This document shows positions 18,329 to 26,997 of a DNA stretch of 33,059 nt, piece after piece. The notes beneath the pieces were generated by a model. It made no database searches. It was not told the DNA's origin and saw nothing but the letters and a program-made list of their open reading frames with translations. The stretch spans positions 1 through 33,059 of the forward strand of contig QQUK01000350.1 in NCBI GenBank assembly GCA_008501655.1, written 5' to 3'. Source of the stretch: Calditrichota bacterium (GTDB taxonomy: Bacteria > Zixibacteria > MSB-5A5 > GN15 > FEB-12). How positions within the stretch are numbered: the stretch's first letter is position 1; each line of letters opens with the position of its first letter. The position numbers and the translations under genes are program-made.

Positions 18329-18769
18329 TTATTTGTTTAAATCAACAGTTGTTGTGTCTTCTTTTACCTGCAGAGAATCAACAACAGTTGTGGAGTCAGA
18401 ATGAGTTTTCAGACTGTCATACATCAATGATTGCTTTTGAATCGGTCCGCTTTTTTCAATATAAACATCATCGCGGCGCAATGTATCAAACATCGTAATA
18501 ATGATAAAGACAGCTAAAAAGAGAAGTGAAGATACAAATATGATGGCATACAATTTATTATCATATTTCAAATGCATAAAAAACAATGCTACAAGAGAAG
18601 CTTTTGATGCTGCGATAATCATTGCAACGACCAGATTAAACTCACCAAAATCAAAAAATGAGACCCAAACGGTTACAGCAGTCAGTACTAACAGCATTGA
18701 TCCTATTCCAAGATATAATGATAATGGAAGTATATGTTCTTTATGTCCAGTATTTGTATGTTCGCTCAT
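18329..18769 (-). CDS. ctaF: cytochrome c oxidase subunit IV (bacterial COX4_pro family) with long C-terminal tail
   Basis: The N-terminal ~100 aa have 3 TM helices and the KASLVALFFMHLKYD motif of prokaryotic subunit IV. They are followed by a ~46-aa polar tail. Confidence 0.8.
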   Translation of the reverse strand: MSEHTNTGHKEHILPLSLYLGIGSMLLVLTAVTVWVSFFDFGEFNLVVAMIIAASKASLVALFFMHLKYDNKLYAIIFVSSLLFLAVFIIITMFDTLRRDDVYIEKSGPIQKQSLMYDSLKTHSDSTTVVDSLQVKEDTTTVDLNK

Positions 18770-18775
18770 AACCGT

Positions 18776-19426
18776 CTACCCTATCAGATAAAAAAGTGGG
18801 AATAAGAAGATCCAAATTAAATCAACGAGATGCCAGTAGAGACCGGTCATTTCGATATGTGTATAATATTTACTTGAAAAATGTCCGGCTTTGGTTCTGA
18901 AAATAAGCCAGGTAATCAGTCCCATTCCGATCAATACGTGAATACCATGAAGTCCGGTCATAAGAAAGTATGCGGAGAAAAAGACATGAGGGTTGTTACC
19001 TTCGATTCCGTCAAAATGGTACCATTCTCCGGGAAGCTGACCAAGATGGATTTTATGCATATATTCAAAATACTTAATTACCATAAATGTACCGGCTAAC
19101 AGAAGTGTCGCAAACAAATACCAGATTGTATCTTTCTGCCGATCTAGCTGTATAGAACGAATACCTAAGGCTATCGTTACAGATGAAGTAATCAGCACAA
19201 TCGTATTCGTTGTTCCCATAGCAACATCAAGGGCAAGATGGGCATTATGAAACATATCCGGATACCACGCTCTGTATATCGCATAAAAGACAAACAGTCC
19301 ACCGAATAAGAGGATTTCGGTAACCAGAAATACCCACATACCGAGTTTGGCAGACTCTCTCTGCTGTTCAACATCGGAAAAATGATGCTGCAGGAATTTT
19401 GGATGTCCTTCTTGTGAATGACTCAT
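18776..19426 (-). CDS. ctaE: cytochrome c oxidase subunit III
   Basis: 216 aa with motifs [28 protein letters not shown] and [14 protein letters not shown], characteristic of subunit III. Confidence 0.93.
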   Translation of the reverse strand: MSHSQEGHPKFLQHHFSDVEQQRESAKLGMWVFLVTEILLFGGLFVFYAIYRAWYPDMFHNAHLALDVAMGTTNTIVLITSSVTIALGIRSIQLDRQKDTIWYLFATLLLAGTFMVIKYFEYMHKIHLGQLPGEWYHFDGIEGNNPHVFFSAYFLMTGLHGIHVLIGMGLITWLIFRTKAGHFSSKYYTHIEMTGLYWHLVDLIWIFLFPLFYLIG

Positions 19427-19428
19427 TT

Positions 19429-21045
19429 TTAATTCTCCACTAATGTGCTTTTTGCAACAATCTTATCATAATCATACGGTCCATGTTCTGTAATCGGAAT
19501 TTCCTCAAAATTATGTTCCGGCGGCGGTGAAGTAATCGACCATTCATGGGTTAATGCTCCCCATGGATTATTACCGGCAGGTTTCCCTTTAAAGAGAGAA
19601 TGGATAAGATAATAAGCCATTAAAAAGAACCCGGCTGCCATGACCCACGAGCCGTATGTAGAAAACGCATGGAATGGACGATAGGCATCGACATAAAGAT
19701 GATATCTCCGCGGCATTCCCTGAGATCCCATAATAAATTGAGTAAAGAATGTCATATTAAATCCGACAAAGATCAACAGACAGGAAATTTTTCCCAATGT
19801 TTCGTTATACATTCTTCCCCACATTTTTGGCCACCAATGATGTAGTCCGCCAAGAAATGCGATTACCGTTCCACCAACCATAACATAATGGAAATGGGCT
19901 ACAATAAAATATGTATCATGTAGATGAATATCGACCGGTAACGCACCTAAGAATATACCGGTTAGCCCGCCGATAGAGAAGAGAAACAGGAATGATAACG
20001 TATATAACATCGGAGTCGAAAACGAAATTGAACTTTTGTATAAAGTAGCAACCCAGTTAAAAACTTTTACACCTGATGGAATTGCTACAAAAAATGTCAG
20101 AAATGAGAAAATCATTGCGGCAAGTTCCGATTGTCCGGATGTAAACATATGATGCCCCCAGACAATAAAACTCGCAAAAGCGATACCCAAAGAAGAGTAT
20201 GCCACCGCTTTGTATCCGAATATTTTTTTGTGAGAATGTGCCGTTATAAGTTCTGAAATAATCGCCATTCCCGGAAGAATCATAATATAAACAGCCGGAT
20301 GGGAATAAAACCAGAAGAAATGTTGGAAAAGAACCGGGTCACCGCCCATTGCCGGATCAAAAATTCCGATTCCTATTAATCTCTCTATAATCAATAATAC
20401 TAAAGTAATACCAAGAACCGGTGTTGCTAACACCTGTATCAATGCAGTTGCATACATACCCCAGACAAACAGAGGCATTTTAAACCAGGTCATCCCTGGT
20501 GAGCGGAGTTTATGCACTGTAACAATAAAATTAAGTCCGGTAAAAATTGAGGAAAAACCTAATATAAAAGCTCCAAGAACGATCGAAATAACTGCTGTCG
20601 ATGTAGTCGTAGAATATGGTGTATAAAATGTCCATCCTGTGTCAGCTCCGCCGGAAACAAGAGAAAAGACAGCAAACAATGCACCGACTATATAGATATA
20701 CCAACTGAGCAAATTCAGTCTTGGAAACGCTACATCCTTTGCACCTATCATAATTGGGAGGACAAAGTTTCCTAAAATTGCAGGAATCGCCGGAATTATA
20801 AAGAGAAAAATCATAATGGCGCCATGGAGTGTAAACATCTGATTATATGTATCAGAATCAATATACATCTCTGTTGGTGTCAACAGTTCCAAACGAAGCA
20901 TCAACGCAAACATGCCACCGACAAAGAAAAAGAACATAACAGAAAAAAGGTACAAAATCCCAATACGTTTATGGTCAACAGTCGTCAACCAGGACCAGAT
21001 TCCTTTTTTAGCGTTTAAATAATGTGTCTCAGGAATTTTATTCAT
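19429..21045 (-). CDS. ctaD: cytochrome c oxidase subunit I (A2-type)
   Basis: 538 aa. Heme and CuB ligands sit in the expected contexts ([32 protein letters not shown]). YSHPAVY (Tyr-Ser in place of the helix-VI Glu) marks the A2 subfamily. Confidence 0.97.
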   Translation of the reverse strand: MNKIPETHYLNAKKGIWSWLTTVDHKRIGILYLFSVMFFFFVGGMFALMLRLELLTPTEMYIDSDTYNQMFTLHGAIMIFLFIIPAIPAILGNFVLPIMIGAKDVAFPRLNLLSWYIYIVGALFAVFSLVSGGADTGWTFYTPYSTTTSTAVISIVLGAFILGFSSIFTGLNFIVTVHKLRSPGMTWFKMPLFVWGMYATALIQVLATPVLGITLVLLIIERLIGIGIFDPAMGGDPVLFQHFFWFYSHPAVYIMILPGMAIISELITAHSHKKIFGYKAVAYSSLGIAFASFIVWGHHMFTSGQSELAAMIFSFLTFFVAIPSGVKVFNWVATLYKSSISFSTPMLYTLSFLFLFSIGGLTGIFLGALPVDIHLHDTYFIVAHFHYVMVGGTVIAFLGGLHHWWPKMWGRMYNETLGKISCLLIFVGFNMTFFTQFIMGSQGMPRRYHLYVDAYRPFHAFSTYGSWVMAAGFFLMAYYLIHSLFKGKPAGNNPWGALTHEWSITSPPPEHNFEEIPITEHGPYDYDKIVAKSTLVEN

Positions 21046-22006
21046 TTATTAAACTCTCATCTTCTTGTAATGATTTTATATAAGCAATCAATGCATCAAT
21101 CTGTTTATCTTTTAAAATCCCCTGATAAGTCGGCATCACCGGCTGATATCCCTGCGTTATTTTTGCCATCGGATTCAAGATAGATTCACGGATATAGTTT
21201 TCATCAACTTTTACTGAAGAACCGTCAGCAAGGTGTTCTTCTTTGCCATAAAGGTTATCCCACGGCGGACCGGTTGAATTTGATCCGTCAATTTTATGAC
21301 AAGTGACACATGCTTTCTGAATATACAGTTTAGCACCAAACTCTTCAAGAGTCATACCTTCACCGGAGAAAGCAAGGTCTTCTGCATATTGTTCGAACTC
21401 TTCTTGAGAGACGACTTTTACTTTACCGATCATCTCGGAGTGACCTTTCCCGCAGAATTCTGTACAGAACAGATTGTATTCACCAATAGTGTGTGCTTCA
21501 AACCATGTAATCGAATATCTGTTGGGGAGAACATCCATTTTGATACGGAAATTCGGTACAAAGAAGGAATGGATAACATCTTTGGATGCCATCAGGAGTT
21601 TTACCGGACGGTCAACCGGGACAATAAGCTCGTTAACTGAGTTACCGCCTTCCGGATAATCAAAAGACCAGAACCATTTTTGACCATTGACTTTGATTTC
21701 ATAGGCATCTTTTGGCACAACATTCATATACATATATGTTTTAAAACCCCAGACAAAAACTATCATAACCAGAATTGTCGGTATAATTGTCCAAATGATT
21801 TCAAGCTTCACATTATGATCAAGTCCGTCAGTTTTACCGACTTCTCCGTCACGACGTCGATACTTCATTGAGAAATATGCTGAAAGCCCTACAACAAGCA
21901 CAAAGATGATGATGGATGCATATAAAATAAAATAAAACAGTGAATCAACATCTCCAGCGATAGTCGAGTTTCCCGGGGGCATCCAGAATGTTCCGGTAGT
22001 ATCCAT
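21038..22006 (-). CDS. ctaC: cytochrome c oxidase subunit II fused to a C-terminal cytochrome c domain (caa3-type)
   Basis: Two N-terminal TM helices, the CuA site HSFFVP...[12 protein letters not shown], and a C-terminal CVTCH heme c motif with a distal Met region. Confidence 0.95.
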   Translation of the reverse strand: MDTTGTFWMPPGNSTIAGDVDSLFYFILYASIIIFVLVVGLSAYFSMKYRRRDGEVGKTDGLDHNVKLEIIWTIIPTILVMIVFVWGFKTYMYMNVVPKDAYEIKVNGQKWFWSFDYPEGGNSVNELIVPVDRPVKLLMASKDVIHSFFVPNFRIKMDVLPNRYSITWFEAHTIGEYNLFCTEFCGKGHSEMIGKVKVVSQEEFEQYAEDLAFSGEGMTLEEFGAKLYIQKACVTCHKIDGSNSTGPPWDNLYGKEEHLADGSSVKVDENYIRESILNPMAKITQGYQPVMPTYQGILKDKQIDALIAYIKSLQEDESLINE

Positions 22007-22031
22007 AAATTTCTATATCCTCATAACTGAT

Positions 22032-22886
22032 TTAATGCACGACGACTGATATCTGCTGATTTTTTTTGCGCCGTTCCCGATAAAAAAGTAATCCAACAAA
22101 TACTGATAACACTATCAGAGTTATTGCTCCGCCAAGTCGCATAACATTGCCGGCAAAGACAACATAGCCTTTGGAATCCGGGTCATAGTGATAACAGTAT
22201 AAAATTATTCTATCTATTGTATTTCCAATCTTCCCTTCCGATGCCTCAAGCAGCGAAAATTTCAGATCATTTGTTTTAAATTCAACACCGTAGAGATAAC
22301 GGCTGATTGTTCCGTTTTCGGTCAGCAGGTAGATGACAGCCGGATGGGCATACTGTCCGATCTCTTCATCATAACGGTACTGAAAACCGACCGCATCGGC
22401 AAGAGCCTGCGATTGCGTTGAATCACCGACTAGAAACTTCCAGCCTTTTTCAGCTGAAGGAATATCCATTGCCGTCAGGTAATTCGCTTTTTTGGCAGCA
22501 GCGAGATTGAAATCTTCTCTATGATTAATGGAAACCGCTACCATTTGAAAATCTTCACCCGGTTTTATATCGAGACTGCGAACCCCTTCGATAAGTCCGT
22601 TGAAAACAAGATTGCAGAGCATCGGACATTTATAGTAACCGAGAACAAGCAAAACCGGTTGTTCCTGATTAAAGTAAGAGCCGATTGTGACTTCGTTTCC
22701 GGAATCATCAATAAACCTTAAATCCATCGGGATTTTATCACCGAGATGCTCTTCAACATCAACACCTTTGAGTTCCTCGACTTCATCTTTGATAACCTGT
22801 GCGGATACCAATGAGACAAAGACGATGTTGACCCAAATTAGGTATATTAACAAAATACCGGACTTTTTTATTTTATTCTTTTTCAC
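22032..22886 (-). CDS. SCO-like thioredoxin-fold protein with N-terminal signal/anchor and C-terminal TM helix
   Basis: 284 aa with CPMLC (CxxxC) in LGYYKCPMLCNLV and downstream His in YAHPAVIYLLTENG. The C-terminal hydrophobic segment GGAITLIVLSVFVGLLFY is followed by RERRKK. The start codon is GTG (22886). Confidence 0.75.
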   Translation of the reverse strand: MKKNKIKKSGILLIYLIWVNIVFVSLVSAQVIKDEVEELKGVDVEEHLGDKIPMDLRFIDDSGNEVTIGSYFNQEQPVLLVLGYYKCPMLCNLVFNGLIEGVRSLDIKPGEDFQMVAVSINHREDFNLAAAKKANYLTAMDIPSAEKGWKFLVGDSTQSQALADAVGFQYRYDEEIGQYAHPAVIYLLTENGTISRYLYGVEFKTNDLKFSLLEASEGKIGNTIDRIILYCYHYDPDSKGYVVFAGNVMRLGGAITLIVLSVFVGLLFYRERRKKNQQISVVVH

Positions 22887-22908
22887 AATCGTACTATCTC
22901 TAATTTAT

Positions 22909-23223
22909 TTACTTACCTGATAAATTTTCTTTGAGATACAACTCAATAGCTGAATCAAGGGGGATTGAATAAATACCTTTAGTCGTATCAATCAGATGAT
23001 ATCCTCTTAAAACGGAGTCTTCCCGAGCGTGCAGTTCCTGCAGTGAAACAGACTGAGGTTTGAGAACTTCCTCATACACAACCCGTTCTTTTTCAATTAA
23101 GAAATATTCATTCAGAACGATTAATGAGACAACAATAAAAAGAACCGTTAATAACCCAACGATTGTCAACATCTTGATATCGACATCCCTTTTCTCATAT
23201 CCCGCATTGTTATGTTCTGACAT
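22909..23223 (-). CDS. small single-pass membrane protein, uncharacterised
   Basis: 104 aa with one TM helix (MLTIVGLLTVLFIVVSLIVL) and a ~60-aa C-terminal soluble part. It is tightly packed between actF (10-nt gap) and the SCO-like gene (22-nt gap). Confidence 0.65.
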   Translation of the reverse strand: MSEHNNAGYEKRDVDIKMLTIVGLLTVLFIVVSLIVLNEYFLIEKERVVYEEVLKPQSVSLQELHAREDSVLRGYHLIDTTKGIYSIPLDSAIELYLKENLSGK

Positions 23224-23233
23224 CTGTCATTTC

Positions 23234-24433
23234 CTAACTGTTTAAAAACTTCATCGATTTTTCCAATGTCGGATCTTTAAGCGCCAATACCGGTTTTGAA
23301 GTCAGTTGTCTCCAGAAATAGAAGAAAAAGAGTCCACCGATACCGATAAGAGGAGCTAAATCCAATATTGAGAAATGAACACCATCTTTATAATGTGTTG
23401 GCAATACCAGCCAATACAAATCTACATAACGCATAATCAATATCCAGGAACACATGAAAAAGATAACCGGAGTAAACCGTTTTGAAGCCCGGAAGATAAG
23501 GGCAATGAACGGAAAGACAAAATGTCCGAATATCAAAAGCAGTGAAATCGGTTCCCAACTGTTATCCCAGCGGTATAAAAACCAGAAATTTTCTTCAGGA
23601 AGGTTTGCATACCAGATCAGGAAATATTGCGAAAATGCCATATAGGACCAGAAAATAATAAATCCGAATATCAGTTTCATTAAATCATGATAATGTTCAA
23701 TAGTAACTTCATTTTTAAGAATACCGTTCTTTCTAAGATACAATAAAACGATGACTAAAAATGTAAGTCCGGATAAAAATGCACCGGAGAAGTAATAAAC
23801 TCCAAAAATTGTTGAGAACCAGTGTGCATCAAGTGCCATCAACCAGTCAAATGATGCAAATGTTGATGACAGGGCGAATAAGATAATGCCCGGTGCAGAA
23901 ATCTTTCTGAATCTTCTGCTAAGTGCCGGTGTGTGTGCTTTATCCTGCTCAGCTGATGATTTATTCAGTAGAAATGAAAAGATAATCCAGATGGCAAAAT
24001 AACCGGCTGAACGGATATAGAAAAATACCGGGTTCAAAAACCCTTCTTTTTTAGCAAGCAGTGCATCAAAGTTTTCCGACGCCGGGTCCATAATTCCTTC
24101 ATGTGACCAATGGAACAGGTCATGAAGCCCGAAAATAATCGGAATAAACAGAATCAGGAAAAGCGGGAAAGCTGATGCTAACGCTTCGGAAACTTTTCGC
24201 AAAACAGTTGACCAGTTTGCCTGGGTAATATGATGCAGCATAGTGAAAAAGAGACAGCCTAAAGAGACAGATAACCAGAAAATCAATGCGGTCAGGTAAT
24301 TCAGATAAAAATGAGCGGAGTCATTCATATAGCCAATTACTGAAATGCCTAAAAAGACAACACCGACTACCAGTGAGATTATACCGATTTTACCCGGGTC
24401 TTTAAACGTATATGTCGTTGAATCAAAATTCAT
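23234..24433 (-). CDS. actF: alternative complex III subunit ActF (NrfD-like membrane subunit 2)
   Basis: 399 aa, polytopic, in the ActF position after the monoheme ActE. Assigned from operon order and topology. Confidence 0.8.
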   Translation of the reverse strand: MNFDSTTYTFKDPGKIGIISLVVGVVFLGISVIGYMNDSAHFYLNYLTALIFWLSVSLGCLFFTMLHHITQANWSTVLRKVSEALASAFPLFLILFIPIIFGLHDLFHWSHEGIMDPASENFDALLAKKEGFLNPVFFYIRSAGYFAIWIIFSFLLNKSSAEQDKAHTPALSRRFRKISAPGIILFALSSTFASFDWLMALDAHWFSTIFGVYYFSGAFLSGLTFLVIVLLYLRKNGILKNEVTIEHYHDLMKLIFGFIIFWSYMAFSQYFLIWYANLPEENFWFLYRWDNSWEPISLLLIFGHFVFPFIALIFRASKRFTPVIFFMCSWILIMRYVDLYWLVLPTHYKDGVHFSILDLAPLIGIGGLFFFYFWRQLTSKPVLALKDPTLEKSMKFLNS

Positions 24434-24444
24434 AATTTTTCTCT

Positions 24445-25056
24445 TTATAAGTTCCCTCTTTGACTCTGCGGTACATCTTCAATCGTTGCATCGTGACTTC
24501 TCTGTAAAGCTCTGAAGAATGCGATTATCGCCCAGCGGTCTTCTTCCGGAATCTGATATTTGTACGGCTGCATATTTCGGATACCATTTGTAATCACATC
24601 AAATATCCGTCCATTAGGATAAGCTTTGACTGAATCGGTATGAAATGACGGCGGCGGGACTAATCCACGTTCGACAACGATACCGCGACCGGTGCCTGTT
24701 CTTCCATGACAAGGGGAGCAGTAGATATTATATCTTTGGTGACCTCTTTCAACAAGTTCTCTACCGAACATTATTTTATCCGGGAAGCCTTTGATAAAAT
24801 CACCTTTTTCATCTTTCCCATAATAAAATTCAGTATCTTCTTTAAGTTCACCACGTGCAACGGTCCCTTCAACTATCGGACGCATTGTAGCACCATCTTC
24901 AAAGAAATTCGATTCAGCCTGCGGACGATATTTTTCCTGATTATCCATATTCGGATTGATATGTATCGGTTCATCTTTTGACGGTCTTCCCTGATAACAG
25001 CCAAGAAGCATCAGCAGTGAACAAGCTATTACTGTATGTGTCAGAATTTTCTTCAT
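24445..25056 (-). CDS. actE: alternative complex III subunit ActE (monoheme cytochrome c lipoprotein)
   Basis: 203 aa with lipobox LLGC in the signal peptide and a single CSPCH heme motif. Its start overlaps the actD stop (TAATG). Confidence 0.88.
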   Translation of the reverse strand: MKKILTHTVIACSLLMLLGCYQGRPSKDEPIHINPNMDNQEKYRPQAESNFFEDGATMRPIVEGTVARGELKEDTEFYYGKDEKGDFIKGFPDKIMFGRELVERGHQRYNIYCSPCHGRTGTGRGIVVERGLVPPPSFHTDSVKAYPNGRIFDVITNGIRNMQPYKYQIPEEDRWAIIAFFRALQRSHDATIEDVPQSQRGNL

Positions 25057-25589
25057 TAGTCTTTAACTACCTCCACATTTTTCCCGCCGATTGAAGAAAG
25101 GAATGATTTAACTTTTTCTTCATCATATTTCGGATCATCGGATTCAACCGAAACAAAAAATCCGCCATCGGAAAATTTACCGAAATTCTGGGAGAAAAAC
25201 AGCGGGTGGAACAAACGCGGTAATTTATTTAAAGCAAGCATTCCGAAAAAGGCTCCGAATGCTGACATAAGAATCGTTATAGCAAAAATAACCGGCACAA
25301 ATGCCTGCCAGGAAAACAGCGGTTTACCGGAAACAACCATCGGATAACCGTATATATTTGTATAATAGGTCAAGGCAATCATGCCGAGCATGCCTGATGC
25401 TCCCATAAACCCGATAATATACCCAAGCGGCGAGCGTTTCAGTCCCATCGCCTGATCCATACCATGTATCGGAAACGGAGAATGACAATCGTAATTTTTA
25501 TATCCTTCAGCGTTCATTTTTTCAGCAGCATGAAGAAGCGAACCGCTTGATTCAAACTCGGCAATTATAACATTCATTTTCTTAGCCAT
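25056..25589 (-). CDS. actD: alternative complex III subunit ActD (DUF3341)
   Basis: 177 aa: a soluble N-terminal domain (IIAEFESSGSLLHAAEKMNAEGY), then two TM helices, then a C-terminal domain. This matches the ActD layout and position. Confidence 0.85.
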   Translation of the reverse strand: MAKKMNVIIAEFESSGSLLHAAEKMNAEGYKNYDCHSPFPIHGMDQAMGLKRSPLGYIIGFMGASGMLGMIALTYYTNIYGYPMVVSGKPLFSWQAFVPVIFAITILMSAFGAFFGMLALNKLPRLFHPLFFSQNFGKFSDGGFFVSVESDDPKYDEEKVKSFLSSIGGKNVEVVKD

Positions 25590-25591
25590 AT

Positions 25592-26968
25592 CTAATGTCC
25601 TCCTCCATGATGAGGGTCAGCCTCAGGCAGAACACCTTTTACTTCGGACATCGCGACCATCGGGAGATACCGCAGGAACAGAAGGAATAGAGTAAAGAAT
25701 AGCCCGAATGAACCTATATATATACCTATATCAAAAATCGTTGGTGAATAATAATCCCAGCTCGACGGGAGATAATCTCTGGAAAGGGTTACTACAATAA
25801 CAAAACGTTCAAACCACATACCGATATTGATGACGATAGAAACAATAAACATTACCGGGATCGAGTTACGCAGTTTCTTAAACCAGAACAGCTGCGGTGA
25901 AATTACGTTACAGGAAATCATAATCCAGTATGCCCAGGCATAAGGACCAAACGCTCTGTTTATAAAAGCAAACCGTTCAACTTCAGAACCGGAATACCAG
26001 GCAATAAAAAATTCCATCGAGTATGCATAACCGACCATTGTACCGGTCAACAGCATAATAATATTCATACGTTCCAAAACTTTCGGAGTGAATACATGCT
26101 CAAGATCAAATGCTTTTCGGGCAATCAGCGAAAGGGTCATCACCATTGCAAAACCGGAGAAAATTGCACCGGCAACAAAGTATGGCGGGAAAATTGTCGT
26201 ATGCCAGCCGGGAATCAATGAGGTCGCAAAGTCAGTTGATACGATTGAGTGAACAGAAAGTACCAGCGGAGTTGAAATACCGGCAAGTACGAGATATGCC
26301 AATTCATAATGTTTCCACTGCTTGTTACCGCCGCGCCATCCAAGTGAGAATATACCATACATGATTTTTTTGATTTTATCGGTAGCACGATCACGGAGGG
26401 TTGCTAAATCAGGAATCAGCCCGACATACCAGAACAGAAGGGAACAGGTAAAATAGGTACTGACCGCAAACGTATCCCAGAGAAGCGGTGAACGGAAGTT
26501 CGGCCACATGCCCATCTGGTTTGGAATTGGAAACACCCAGTAGATAACCCAGATACGGCCGACATGTATAGCCGGGAACAAGAGGGCACAGATAACAGCA
26601 AAAATTGTCATCGCTTCCGCGAATCTATTAATCGATGTTCTCCATCTTTGACGGAGCAGGAACAGAATCGCCGAGATAAGCGTACCTGCGTGCCCGATAC
26701 CAACCCACCAGACGAAATTTACAATCGCCCAACCCCAGCCAACCGGGTTATTGAGACCCCAGATTCCGGTACCTTCCCAGAAGAGGAATGCGAGTATCCC
26801 AAAAAGCATCAAAGTCAGGGAACCGGAAATTGTAAAGAGAATATACCAGATTTTCCCCGGCTTCTTTTCTACAACCCTGGAAACATTGTCGGTAATCGTT
26901 TCAAATGTCGGATTACCTTCAATCAAGACTTCTTTCTGAACTTTTAAATCTGTTAGATCTTTACTCAC
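25592..26968 (-). CDS. actC: alternative complex III subunit ActC (NrfD/PsrC-like quinol-interacting membrane subunit)
   Basis: 458 aa with about 10 TM helices and an NrfD-like sequence ([27 protein letters not shown]). GTG start at 26968 with AAGGTA upstream. Confidence 0.9.
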   Translation of the reverse strand: MSKDLTDLKVQKEVLIEGNPTFETITDNVSRVVEKKPGKIWYILFTISGSLTLMLFGILAFLFWEGTGIWGLNNPVGWGWAIVNFVWWVGIGHAGTLISAILFLLRQRWRTSINRFAEAMTIFAVICALLFPAIHVGRIWVIYWVFPIPNQMGMWPNFRSPLLWDTFAVSTYFTCSLLFWYVGLIPDLATLRDRATDKIKKIMYGIFSLGWRGGNKQWKHYELAYLVLAGISTPLVLSVHSIVSTDFATSLIPGWHTTIFPPYFVAGAIFSGFAMVMTLSLIARKAFDLEHVFTPKVLERMNIIMLLTGTMVGYAYSMEFFIAWYSGSEVERFAFINRAFGPYAWAYWIMISCNVISPQLFWFKKLRNSIPVMFIVSIVINIGMWFERFVIVVTLSRDYLPSSWDYYSPTIFDIGIYIGSFGLFFTLFLLFLRYLPMVAMSEVKGVLPEADPHHGGGH

Positions 26969-26997
26969 GTAATCTATACCTTACAATTATATCAATC

